Part shown: positions 55,074 to 63,037 of the stretch, piece by piece
Layout: every line of letters begins with the position of its first letter
Numbering within the stretch: the first letter of the stretch is position 1
Assembly (NCBI GenBank): GCA_038912545.1
Contig: JBCLFD010000002.1
Coordinates: forward strand, 4,422-68,421
Direction: 5' to 3'
Source of the DNA: Minisyncoccia bacterium
GTDB taxonomy: Bacteria > Patescibacteriota > Minisyncoccia > Phycocordibacterales > Phycocordibacteraceae
Length of the DNA stretch: 64,000 nt
Made by a program: the position numbers and the translations under genes
Notes under the pieces: generated by a model
The model's database searches: none
What the model saw: the letters and a program-made list of their open reading frames with translations, nothing else
What the model was told of the DNA's origin: nothing

Positions 55074-55474
55074 ACGACGAAGATTCTGCGGTACATAAAG
55101 AAGCTGTAGCACGCGATGCTGGCCGCCGCGATGACTTGTGCGGCGACATACCACACATTCGCGTACTCCACGAGAATGAAGACCGTGGCGGTGTTTATTA
55201 ATGTATTCATGACCGCAACCGTAAAATATAACATCGAATGGTGTGCGAGACCCTTTATATTCAACACCTCGAATGTCCACAATCGTTGCAGTACGAAACT
55301 TACTTGCAAAGCGATAAGAAAAGCGATTATGGACGACGTGAGGTACCATACGCCGAAAAAATGTGTGAGTACAAAAAGCGTACCGATGTTCACGACGGCT
55401 CCGGTGCCGCCCGAGATCACGTATCGTACCGTTTTCGGCACTCGAGAAGAAACAGTGGGGACCGCTTCAGTCAT
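55070..55474 (-). CDS. GtrA-family membrane protein (second copy)
   Basis: RYVISGGTGAVVNIGTLFVLTHFFGVWYL, with 4 hydrophobic helices. Confidence 0.8.
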   Translation of the reverse strand: MTEAVPTVSSRVPKTVRYVISGGTGAVVNIGTLFVLTHFFGVWYLTSSIIAFLIALQVSFVLQRLWTFEVLNIKGLAHHSMLYFTVAVMNTLINTATVFILVEYANVWYVAAQVIAAASIACYSFFMYRRIFVV

Positions 55475-55476
55475 AG

Positions 55477-56475
55477 TTATTGCTTCGGTTCACGCAAGGT
55501 GGAGAGAAACGCATGATTTTCACGGAACCAGGCAACAAACTCGGCAATGCCCTTCTTCATGTCGGTCTTCGGCACAAATCCGAAATCCCTGTGCGCCTTG
55601 CTCCAATCGGCGACCGTCTCGCGCACGTCGCCCGCCTGCATCGGCATAAGATGTTTCTGCGCCTTCTTGCCTACCTCTTTCTCAATAAGGTCAATGAAGC
55701 GCATAAGCGGAACGGCCTCTGCACCGCCGAGATTGTAGATCTCATTTTTGCCTTGTGGCTTCTTCTTAATTAGAGCGATGATGCCGGACACGACATCGCT
55801 GACGTGCGTGAAGCTTCGCTTCATCTTGCCTCGGTTGTAGACATCAATCGGTTTGCCGGCCAGAATGTTCTTCGTGAACTTGAAAAGCGCGAGGTCCGGC
55901 CGCCCCCAAGTGCCGTAGACCGTAAAGAAGCGCAGACCCACCATTTCTATGCCGTACAGGTGATTGTAGGCGTGTGCGAGCGCCTCATTCGCCTTCTTGG
56001 TCACACCGTAGACCGCGAGCTGTTTATCTGTGCGATCGCTCTCTTTCATTGGCGACTCGGTATTCCCACCATAAACCGAGCTTGAGGAGGCGTATACTAC
56101 GCGCGAGAGTTTCAAATTTTTTGCCGCCTCAAAAATATTCAACGTTCCGAGCTCGTTGGACTCAATATAGGTCCACGGATTTGAGAGTGAATAGCGCACG
56201 CCCGCTTGCGCCGCAAGATGCACGAGCTCATCCGGCTTCTCCTTTTTCAAGATTTTTAGAAGTGCCGAAAAATTCGCGATGTTCGCTTTGTAGAAACGAA
56301 ACGCTGGATATTTTTTCAGAATGCTTAACCGTTTCTGCTTAATGCGCGGGTCATAGTAATCGGTAATGCTGTCAACGCCCGCGACGGACCATCCCTGCAA
56401 GAGCAGTTCGTTCGTGAGATGAAAGCCGATGAACCCTGCGACTCCGGTCACTACTACTTTTTTTGTTTTTTTCAT
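55477..56475 (-). CDS. NAD-dependent nucleotide-sugar epimerase (UDP-glucuronate 4-epimerase-like)
   Basis: VVVTGVAGFIGFHL, ASSSSVYG, YGVTKKANE. Confidence 0.8.
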   Translation of the reverse strand: MKKTKKVVVTGVAGFIGFHLTNELLLQGWSVAGVDSITDYYDPRIKQKRLSILKKYPAFRFYKANIANFSALLKILKKEKPDELVHLAAQAGVRYSLSNPWTYIESNELGTLNIFEAAKNLKLSRVVYASSSSVYGGNTESPMKESDRTDKQLAVYGVTKKANEALAHAYNHLYGIEMVGLRFFTVYGTWGRPDLALFKFTKNILAGKPIDVYNRGKMKRSFTHVSDVVSGIIALIKKKPQGKNEIYNLGGAEAVPLMRFIDLIEKEVGKKAQKHLMPMQAGDVRETVADWSKAHRDFGFVPKTDMKKGIAEFVAWFRENHAFLSTLREPKQ

Positions 56476-57362
56476 TTTCTCTTTTTGAGTACGCTTTTAC
56501 CGTACACGCCTTCGAGCAGATCAAGATCTTTCCCGCTTTGTTTAAGTAGATCGATGTTCTTCTTCTCGAGCGCGGAGAATACCGAAATGCCGGCTTCGTC
56601 TCCAAAATTCTTTTCGTACAATTCGCGCAGCGCTGCGAAATCCTTGATGAAGCAGTGACCGCCCGCGCCCCTCCCTTGCTTCGCGCTATGGCCACTCGCG
56701 TGTACCGGATGCATATGCGACGTGCCGATACGCGGATCAGCGGAGATGTTCTCTGCAAGAGAATCCCAGTCGACATTCAATTTCTTCGCGAGGTCATAGA
56801 GCATATTCATATACACGACCTTGATGTAGAGGTGAACGTTCCCCGCATATTTGACGAGCTCTGCTTCTTCCGCCGTACAGATGCTCTCATGCGACGCGCA
56901 CGGGAGGATGCTCATCACCTGCTCGGCAGCCGGCCGATGTTCCTCGCGAGTGATGCCGATGATGTTGCGGTCGGGAGTATTCACGTCTTGCCGCGCGCTC
57001 GCCTCTCGCAGAAATTCTGGGCTGAAGAGTACAACGATATTCAGATACGCCTCTTGTAGTGTGCGTGTCGTACCGGGCAGAATAGTTGATTTTATGATGG
57101 CAATTTTCCCTTTCCCGACGAGCGCAATAGATTTGCGCACGATGGAATCGTCAAACCCTTTTGGCGTTGTCGGGGTTGGTACGGCGATAATGACGATGTC
57201 GCATCCGGCGATTTTTTCTTTGTTGGAAATATGCGGTTCCTCAAGCGCATATCGTACGGTCTTGAAACCGCGTTTTTCAAAATCATCGGCATAATTCTTG
57301 CCGATGTACCCCTGTCCTATAAAACCAATAAGCGGTTTTACCGCTTTTCTCCTACCTTTCAT
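56472..57362 (-). CDS. Nucleotide-sugar (UDP-glucose/GDP-mannose) dehydrogenase family protein, short form
   Basis: ORF 56472..57581 trimmed to the ATG at 57360-57362 (MKGRRKAVKPLIGFIGQGYIG). Catalytic-Cys block GGHCFIKDF. At 296 aa it appears to lack the usual C-terminal UDP-binding domain. Confidence 0.7.
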   Translation of the reverse strand: MKGRRKAVKPLIGFIGQGYIGKNYADDFEKRGFKTVRYALEEPHISNKEKIAGCDIVIIAVPTPTTPKGFDDSIVRKSIALVGKGKIAIIKSTILPGTTRTLQEAYLNIVVLFSPEFLREASARQDVNTPDRNIIGITREEHRPAAEQVMSILPCASHESICTAEEAELVKYAGNVHLYIKVVYMNMLYDLAKKLNVDWDSLAENISADPRIGTSHMHPVHASGHSAKQGRGAGGHCFIKDFAALRELYEKNFGDEAGISVFSALEKKNIDLLKQSGKDLDLLEGVYGKSVLKKRK

Positions 57363-57405
57363 GTTCGTGACATTACCATATACAACCAGCTGATGCTCAC
57401 TCAAG

Positions 57406-57510
57406 TTACTCCAATACGCGCGCCAGATCGTCCTGGATACGCTCGGCGAGAATGCCCTGCGTCGCGAGGTGAATGGCGTCGCCGACGAGGCGTGAGGTTC
57501 TTTTATTTCC
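57406..57510 (-). pseudogene. Relic 3' end of a GT4 glycosyltransferase paralogue
   Basis: Hand translation of the frame bounded by TAA-TAG (57511-57516) and TAA (57406-57408) gives GNKRTSRLVGDAIHLATQGILAERIQDDLARVLE*. By hand alignment, 15 of 21 residues are identical to the C-terminus (AHLAAQGNLAERIRDDLTRLLVS*) of the intact GT at 57712-58854. Confidence 0.6.
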
Positions 57511-57581
57511 CTATTACTGGCTTGACCGTTTTTTCGTACAAATTCCAGAGTATTTAATTGTCGGCTACTCAATTTATTCAT
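57498..57581 (-). pseudogene. Possible truncated N-terminus of a winged-helix/HTH regulator
   Basis: MNKLSSRQLNTLEFVRKNGQASNREIKE looks like the start of a wHTH domain. It then runs straight into the out-of-frame GT relic and the dehydrogenase gene. Weak. Confidence 0.3.
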
Positions 57582-57585
57582 CTTG

Positions 57586-57652
57586 TAATTGCATCATTAT
57601 TTTCACTTAATTGCATCATTTTGCGACAATTATGGAAGACTTGTGCGACAAT
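57586..57652. promoter_or_regulatory. Operator-like direct repeats in the largest non-coding gap of the locus
   Basis: TAATTGCATCATT occurs at 57586-57598 and 57608-57620 (22-nt period). TGCGACAATT occurs at 57622-57631 and 57643-57652 (21-nt period). The region is AT-rich. Confidence 0.4.
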
Positions 57653-57674
57653 TGAAAAACCCTATATTTTGTCA

Positions 57675-57701
57675 AATTTATGGTTTCTAATACCATAAAT
57701 T
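57675..57701 (-). terminator. AT-rich hairpin 10 nt downstream of the GT stop codon (weak terminator candidate)
   Basis: aatttatggt / accataaatt (57675-57684 / 57692-57701) with a 7-nt loop. No adjacent U-tract. Confidence 0.3.
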
Positions 57702-57711
57702 CAAAAGAGCC

Positions 57712-58854
57712 TTACGAGACAAGAAGACGGGTCAAGTCGTCACGAATGCGCTCGGCGAGGTTGCCCTGCGCCGCTAGATGGGCGCGGGCGGCGGCCTCAG
57801 CGTGCATAGGCAGTTCAATGCGCACTAACGTGTCCTCCAAGAATCCGACGATGCCGAGCGAGAGCGCGGTTGGGTCGGCCACCGGCACAGAGAGCACATC
57901 TTCGTAGCCCTTAAATACTTCGCCGACGATGCCAACGTCGGTGGTGATGATTGGAATCTTCGCGAGCGCCGCCTCAATAAGCGTCCTGCCGTACCCCTCA
58001 TGTGCGCTCGCTTGGATAAAGGCCTGCGCGCTCCGCATAAGTCCGCGCGCGTCCGCGCGCGCACCGAGAAAGATGACATTCTTCTCCAGACCAAGCCGGC
58101 GCGTCATACGCTCTAGCCGGCCGCGTTCGCGCCCCTCCCCGACGATAAAGAGCCCTACTATCGGATAATGCTTAACGACAAGCGCGAGTGCCGCGAGAAT
58201 GTCCTCAATGCGCTTCTCGCGCTCTAAACGGCCCACTGCAATGAGCGCGAAGGTGAAGGGGTGGGGTGGTAGAAGAACCGCTTCGGGCACCGTCGCATCA
58301 ACCGTAATGGGAATAACAGAGGGCTCTTTGATGCGTGTGCCGTACCGCACGATGAGCGACTCTTTCACGCGCTCTGATACTGCGCGAATACCGTCGGCCA
58401 CAGGCAGGACACGGTCGGCCCAGTGCCGACGCAAGCGATTCAAGAGAGGCATACGCACGGTAGGCGAACGCCAGTTCCCGCTTCGCACAAACCATGGCGA
58501 GAGGAAGTCGGTGTGCACTTGGATATGCAGTTTGGGTTTTGGTGCTTGAGTTTTGGCTATTGCTTGCAGAGCTGCGAGTCCATGTTCAAATGGATCCTGC
58601 GCCGATACGACTTCAATTCCCTTCTCCACAATAATCGCGTGGGCACGTTTCGCGAGCGCGCCAATGCGGAAAAGTCGCCACGCGTGCACGGGATAGAGAT
58701 GCAGTGGCCCATCGTCTGTCGGCGCCGCGCTTCGCGGCGCCGATGACACGATATGCAGTTCGCCAATTGTTTTTGCATACTCGCGCATGCGTGCATGCGC
58801 TTCGCTCTGCGGATTAAAAATACTCGGATCGTTGGAAATAAATAATACTTTCAT
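57712..58854 (-). CDS. Glycosyltransferase family 4 (GT-B)
   Basis: MKVLFISNDP ... SAHEGYGRTLIEAALAKIPIITTDVG. Confidence 0.85.
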   Translation of the reverse strand: MKVLFISNDPSIFNPQSEAHARMREYAKTIGELHIVSSAPRSAAPTDDGPLHLYPVHAWRLFRIGALAKRAHAIIVEKGIEVVSAQDPFEHGLAALQAIAKTQAPKPKLHIQVHTDFLSPWFVRSGNWRSPTVRMPLLNRLRRHWADRVLPVADGIRAVSERVKESLIVRYGTRIKEPSVIPITVDATVPEAVLLPPHPFTFALIAVGRLEREKRIEDILAALALVVKHYPIVGLFIVGEGRERGRLERMTRRLGLEKNVIFLGARADARGLMRSAQAFIQASAHEGYGRTLIEAALAKIPIITTDVGIVGEVFKGYEDVLSVPVADPTALSLGIVGFLEDTLVRIELPMHAEAAARAHLAAQGNLAERIRDDLTRLLVS

Positions 58855-58863
58855 ATTCGTATG

Positions 58864-59883
58864 TTAGGACATCCGATGTCCTAATTCTAGGAGGACATCG
58901 GATGTCCGGGACAGCATCGTTTCGGTCGAGAAACGTTTCGAGAATTCTTGTGCGGCAACAGCACGAACATGCGCGGCAATAGGATTTTGTTCCACCTGCC
59001 GGAGCGCCGCATAGAGCGCCTCATCGTCGCCCGACGGAATAAGCAGACCGGTCTCTCCATCTTCTATAAGCTCCGGGTTCCCTCCCACACTCGTCACAAC
59101 TATCGGTGTACCGAACATCATCGCTTCAAGAAGTGCGTGCGAGAGTCCTTCGTAGCTTGAATTAAGAACGAAGACATCTGCCACTTTTACCCAGCCAAGC
59201 GCTTCACTGCGCGGTAGGCCCTCGGCAAGGAAGAAATGCCAACTCGGTTCGCGTGCGACGACACGTTCAATCGCTTCAAAACCCTTCCAGGGCACACGAC
59301 GGCCGGAGGAGACGACGAGGAATCCATTTGGTCGTTCGACTGTCTTCAACGATGAAGGCACTTCTATGCTGTTATAGATAACCTCTATTTTATCTCCAAA
59401 TATACCCCACGCTGTCACGATGCCTTTCAAGTATCGGCTCGGTACGATGACCAGTGTCGCGCTCCGTGCGACACGGGTCTGAATTCGCTGAAGCAATCGT
59501 ACAGAAAATGATTTCTGTCGCTTTTGCACGAACTCATCGAGCAACTGTGTCACACCAAAGCGTTGCTGCCCTTGTTCCCACGCGTAATCTCCAACAATCT
59601 TTACCACGAACGGTTTTTTCGCGAGCCACGCGGCGAGACATGCCGGCAGACCGACCGATACCGGATCAAGCGCGAGCACGAGATCAGCGCTCCGAATCGC
59701 GCGACGCACACGCCAGAAATACGCGATGTGCCGAATGAGCTTCGGCAAATGCCGTACCTCGCTGAACTTCACCAAGTCAACCTCAATCCCCTTTGCCGGC
59801 AACCCTTCTTCCAAGAGCTTGGCGTAGGTCGCCGGTCCGCCAATCTCAGGCGGATAGAGGGGGGTCGCAAGTACGAGCTTCAT
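58864..59883 (-). CDS. Glycosyltransferase family 4 (GT-B)
   Basis: MKLVLATPLYPPEIGGPATY ... SSYEGLSHALLEAMMFGTPIVVTSVGGNPE. Confidence 0.85.
   Translation of the reverse strand: MKLVLATPLYPPEIGGPATYAKLLEEGLPAKGIEVDLVKFSEVRHLPKLIRHIAYFWRVRRAIRSADLVLALDPVSVGLPACLAAWLAKKPFVVKIVGDYAWEQGQQRFGVTQLLDEFVQKRQKSFSVRLLQRIQTRVARSATLVIVPSRYLKGIVTAWGIFGDKIEVIYNSIEVPSSLKTVERPNGFLVVSSGRRVPWKGFEAIERVVAREPSWHFFLAEGLPRSEALGWVKVADVFVLNSSYEGLSHALLEAMMFGTPIVVTSVGGNPELIEDGETGLLIPSGDDEALYAALRQVEQNPIAAHVRAVAAQEFSKRFSTETMLSRTSDVLLELGHRMS
58866..58907. repeat. Twin 15-bp palindromes GGACATC-S-GATGTCC
   Basis: aGGACATCCGATGTCCt at 58866-82 and aGGACATCGGATGTCC at 58892-907. The centres are 26 bp apart. They overlap the last codons of the GT gene 58864-59883 and lie 12-53 nt upstream of the next GT start (58854). 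Confidence 0.6.
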
Positions 59884-61007
59884 ACTCCCATTGTAGCGAA
59901 TACGCCTCGCATCTGCTTCGTGATGATATCCCAGTCATACTTTTCAACCGCGAGCTGACGCGCAGTCGCCGTGACCCGCGCAACCTGTTCCGGATGCGCG
60001 AGAATGTCCTGCACAGCTGTTGCGATTTGCTCGGGTGAATCCTTGTCTACCGCCCAGCCGGTCGTCTCCTTATTGGGATTGCGTTTCGCATCAAAAAGAA
60101 AGTCAGCGATACCGCCCTCCTGCGTCGCGATAACCGGCAATCCTGCCACCATCGCTTCAATGAATGAATTGCCCATGCCTTCGGAACGGGAGGGGCGGAT
60201 GAAAATGTCTGCCCCGTGGAGGAGTGCCGGGATTAACGCGTGGTCAATATGTCCCTTAAACTCTACTCGGTCTTCCACACCAAGTGTTTTCGCCAGCTTT
60301 TTTAATACTTGTTCTTCGGGACCAGTACCGAGAATACTGAAGCGCACCTCCGGGAGAAGTGGAAGTGCTCGTATCACATCATCAATCGCGTTTTTATGCA
60401 CCAACCGCGAGGTAGTTATTAGAATCACTCCGTCGTGTGGCACCAACTCGCCAACGAAACGCACGGCCTCTACGCCATTCGGGATTATCTCCATCTCACC
60501 TCGGTACCCGCGCCGTCGCGCCCACTCTCCTAAAAAGTGTGACTCTCCCACCACCATATCTGCGGTAGTAAAAGCGCGTGAGAAAAGTGGCCAGAATGGG
60601 CGCATTAATCGCTCTATATACTCCGGTGGGTCGCCCTCCTGAAGCACCAAGAGATACGGCAGACGTGGGAGCAACAGTTTGGTGAGCGCCGCCGGGACAC
60701 CGGCGGTGTGCGCCATCATTGCCCACAGCGCGTCAAAATGTTTCGTGCGATTGAGAGAATATGCTTTAAAAGCCGCCGCAAATTGATAATAAAACTTATT
60801 GAAACGGCTTGTGTTGCCGAAACCGATGCGATGTACCTGCACATTGCCGATTTTCTCCAGCTGTAGCGCCGTGCGTTCGTAGCGCAGGCAAATGAGATGG
60901 AACTCAATGTCCGTGGGCGCTATACGATCGGTAATTTCTTTAATCGCGACTTCCGCTCCGCCAACGTGCGGATAATACGCGAGTGAAAGAATAAGTATTC
61001 GTCTCAT
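59880..61007 (-). CDS. Glycosyltransferase family 4 (GT-B)
   Basis: MRRILILSLAYYPHVGGAEV ... SRSEGMGNSFIEAMVAGLPVIATQEGG. ATGA overlaps at both ends. Confidence 0.85.
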   Translation of the reverse strand: MRRILILSLAYYPHVGGAEVAIKEITDRIAPTDIEFHLICLRYERTALQLEKIGNVQVHRIGFGNTSRFNKFYYQFAAAFKAYSLNRTKHFDALWAMMAHTAGVPAALTKLLLPRLPYLLVLQEGDPPEYIERLMRPFWPLFSRAFTTADMVVGESHFLGEWARRRGYRGEMEIIPNGVEAVRFVGELVPHDGVILITTSRLVHKNAIDDVIRALPLLPEVRFSILGTGPEEQVLKKLAKTLGVEDRVEFKGHIDHALIPALLHGADIFIRPSRSEGMGNSFIEAMVAGLPVIATQEGGIADFLFDAKRNPNKETTGWAVDKDSPEQIATAVQDILAHPEQVARVTATARQLAVEKYDWDIITKQMRGVFATMGV

Positions 61008-61861
61008 GCTGTACGCACATCTCTGATGTAGTCCGCGAGTGATTTTTGTGGCGCCCAGCCGAGCGCGCGCGTCTTCGCCGTATCAATGTCCGAACCCATA
61101 CGATTACCGGCAGTTGCCGGACGCATTTCTATTGCGCCACCAAACAGTTTTGCTATTTCAAGAATTGAATATGCTTTCTCATCGCCGATACCATAATCAT
61201 CTCCCGTTCCATTCTCGCCAACGAGCACCAGCCCGTCGATAATGTCGTCGACATATGTGAAGTTGCGTTTCTGCGTTCCTGGAGCCGTTACAGCGAGTGG
61301 CTCCCCTGCGGCATGCTTTTTTCTGAAAATTTCTATGACAGTACCATACGCGCCAGAACGTTCGCCCGGACCGTAGACGTTATAGAAATAGGTAATAGCG
61401 TACGAGAGCGAGTACCATCTGCCATAATTTTGTACGAGTTCAGTATTAGAGGCCTTGGTCCACGCATACGGGCTTTGTGCACGCCCCAAACCGCCATCGC
61501 CGAACTTGGTGGACGAGCCGGCATAGATAAGTTTGCCTCCGCGTTTGCGCCAGAATTCAACCACTCCGAACGTGCCGTCCTTATTCAAATCCCAAACAAG
61601 TGCCGGTTCCGTCAAGCTTTTTTCTACGCGCGAGTATTCGCCGAGGTGGTAGATGAGGTCGGGTGTCTCGGAGATATGTTTTTCAATATCTTTGGTGTGG
61701 CCCTCGCGGTACTCAACACCAGCCACATGATTCTCGCGGCTACCGGTAAAGTAGTTGTCTAGAGAAATGACCCGATGGCCGTCTTTCGTAAGGCGTGCGC
61801 AAAGGTGTGAGCCGATAAAGCCCGCACCACCGGTCACGAGTATAAGTTTTTGATTATTCAT
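61004..61861 (-). CDS. NAD-dependent epimerase/dehydratase, UDP-glucuronate decarboxylase (UXS)-like
   Basis: ATG at 61859-61861 (TAATG overlap). LILVTGGAGFIGSHLCARL..DNYFTGSRENH, YAWTKASNE. Confidence 0.65.
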   Translation of the reverse strand: MNNQKLILVTGGAGFIGSHLCARLTKDGHRVISLDNYFTGSRENHVAGVEYREGHTKDIEKHISETPDLIYHLGEYSRVEKSLTEPALVWDLNKDGTFGVVEFWRKRGGKLIYAGSSTKFGDGGLGRAQSPYAWTKASNTELVQNYGRWYSLSYAITYFYNVYGPGERSGAYGTVIEIFRKKHAAGEPLAVTAPGTQKRNFTYVDDIIDGLVLVGENGTGDDYGIGDEKAYSILEIAKLFGGAIEMRPATAGNRMGSDIDTAKTRALGWAPQKSLADYIRDVRTA

Positions 61862-63030
61862 TAAAGGAAGATAAATGCCGCGCCCGCGAGAAGCATGACG
61901 CCGATGAGACCGAGCGTCCACGGCGAGCGCAGAAGGGCGGGAGTGGAGCTCTTGGTCGGCTCGGCAGGCGATTGTTCAGCAAGATCGGGCAATGCCGCCC
62001 CGAGTGCGGCGAGCTGTGTCGTCGCGCTCGGGGCAGCTATCTGAGACATCTCACGTGCGGGAGCGTTTATCGTTCTGCTAACAACAGATTCGACCTGTCT
62101 CGCCGGAGCTTCGCCAAGGCGGACCGTCTGTACTACAGAAGAACCGCTACTTGTTGCCGTCGGTTGCACATCACTTACCGGCGCAGGCAGGTACCGTGCC
62201 GCGACAATGCCGTTGGGATACCAGAGCGTCACGTCACGCGACATCGGGAGACGCGTGATCTCGTAGGGAAAGAGGACGCTTGATTCTGGAAGAATCTGAG
62301 TGCCTGGCGGAATGCGGAAGGAACTGAAATCAACGGAGAGCCGCCAATCGGAAAGATCCAACCGTTTGTTTGAATCATTCGCGATGGTGATGCCTTGACC
62401 TACAATGACGATGATATGTACCTGCGCCGGCACCACGCGCACGATGAGGTCGTCGCTGTCTGTCACAGATCCGTCGGTCACCGTCGCCGTGACGAGATAG
62501 GTCCCGGCGTAGCGATAGGTTTTTTCAACCGCAGTTCCCTCCATGGATGAGCCGTCGCCAAAATTCCATATGATCCGCGCCGACGTGTACGCGGTACCAC
62601 TCTTCGTCTTCACTTGCGCCGAAAAGCGCAGAGGCACTTCAAGAAGCGCGGTCACATCGTGTCCCGCATTCACAATGAGCGCCGATGGCGGCGGGATATG
62701 GGTTGGTGATCCTCCGCCTCCCGTTGTCGTTGGCGTGGAGCTGGCCGTGTCGGGAGTTGAACTTGCCACAGGTGCGGCATCGCCAACCGTGATAAGGTCT
62801 TTAATCTTCTCATACGAGCTTGAACCGGGATCTCCGATACCATCGGCGCGACTGATGTCCTCGATCGAGGTATAGGGCCGATTGGCGATTATACTCGCGG
62901 CCGTCGCAGGGCCGACGCCGGGGAGCGTATCTAGAAGCTCCGCGTTCGCTGTATTGATATTTATCAGCGCCGCATGCGCGAAGGCGGGAAATATGAGAAG
63001 GGCAAGTAGAAGCAAACCGACAGTGCGCAT
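61861..63030 (-). CDS. Secreted/anchored protein with a ComEA-like helix-hairpin-helix domain, a PKD domain, a lamin-tail-like domain and a C-terminal TM helix
   Basis: Signal peptide MRTVGLLLLALLIFPAFAHA. NINTANAELLDTLPGVGPATAASII (HhH). IIWNFGDGSSMEGTAVEKTYRYAGTYLVTATVTDG (PKD). C-terminal WTLGLIGVMLLAGAAFIFL. Confidence 0.7.
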   Translation of the reverse strand: MRTVGLLLLALLIFPAFAHAALININTANAELLDTLPGVGPATAASIIANRPYTSIEDISRADGIGDPGSSSYEKIKDLITVGDAAPVASSTPDTASSTPTTTGGGGSPTHIPPPSALIVNAGHDVTALLEVPLRFSAQVKTKSGTAYTSARIIWNFGDGSSMEGTAVEKTYRYAGTYLVTATVTDGSVTDSDDLIVRVVPAQVHIIVIVGQGITIANDSNKRLDLSDWRLSVDFSSFRIPPGTQILPESSVLFPYEITRLPMSRDVTLWYPNGIVAARYLPAPVSDVQPTATSSGSSVVQTVRLGEAPARQVESVVSRTINAPAREMSQIAAPSATTQLAALGAALPDLAEQSPAEPTKSSTPALLRSPWTLGLIGVMLLAGAAFIFL

Positions 63031-63037
63031 AAAAATA

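Noticed and set aside
56472-57581. The full 369-aa track ORF as a genuine HTH-dehydrogenase fusion protein.
   Set aside because: The middle part (57406-57510) reads in another frame as the C-terminus of a GT4 paralogue. The in-frame residues there (PHASSATPFTSRRRAFSPSVSRTIWRAYW) look like out-of-frame noise. The dehydrogenase NAD-binding loop begins right after the internal ATG at 57362.
58889-58982. Plus-strand mini-ORF of 26 codons with a perfect AGGAGG (58889-58894) 7 nt upstream of the ATG at 58902.
   Set aside because: It is antisense to a well-supported GT4 gene. The AGGAGG/ATG arise from the palindrome pair and the encoded LLE/GH codons. The peptide (MSGTASFRSRNVSRILVRQQHEHARQ) has no features. 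It is kept only as a note because the SD-ATG geometry is good.
12900-61900. The glycan locus as a classical genomic island bounded by a tRNA, integrase, transposase or long direct repeats.
   Set aside because: I found no tRNA, integrase, transposase or IS-like inverted repeats at or near either border. Only the compositional mosaic and the absence of heptad elements hint at foreign origin, so no mobile element is called.
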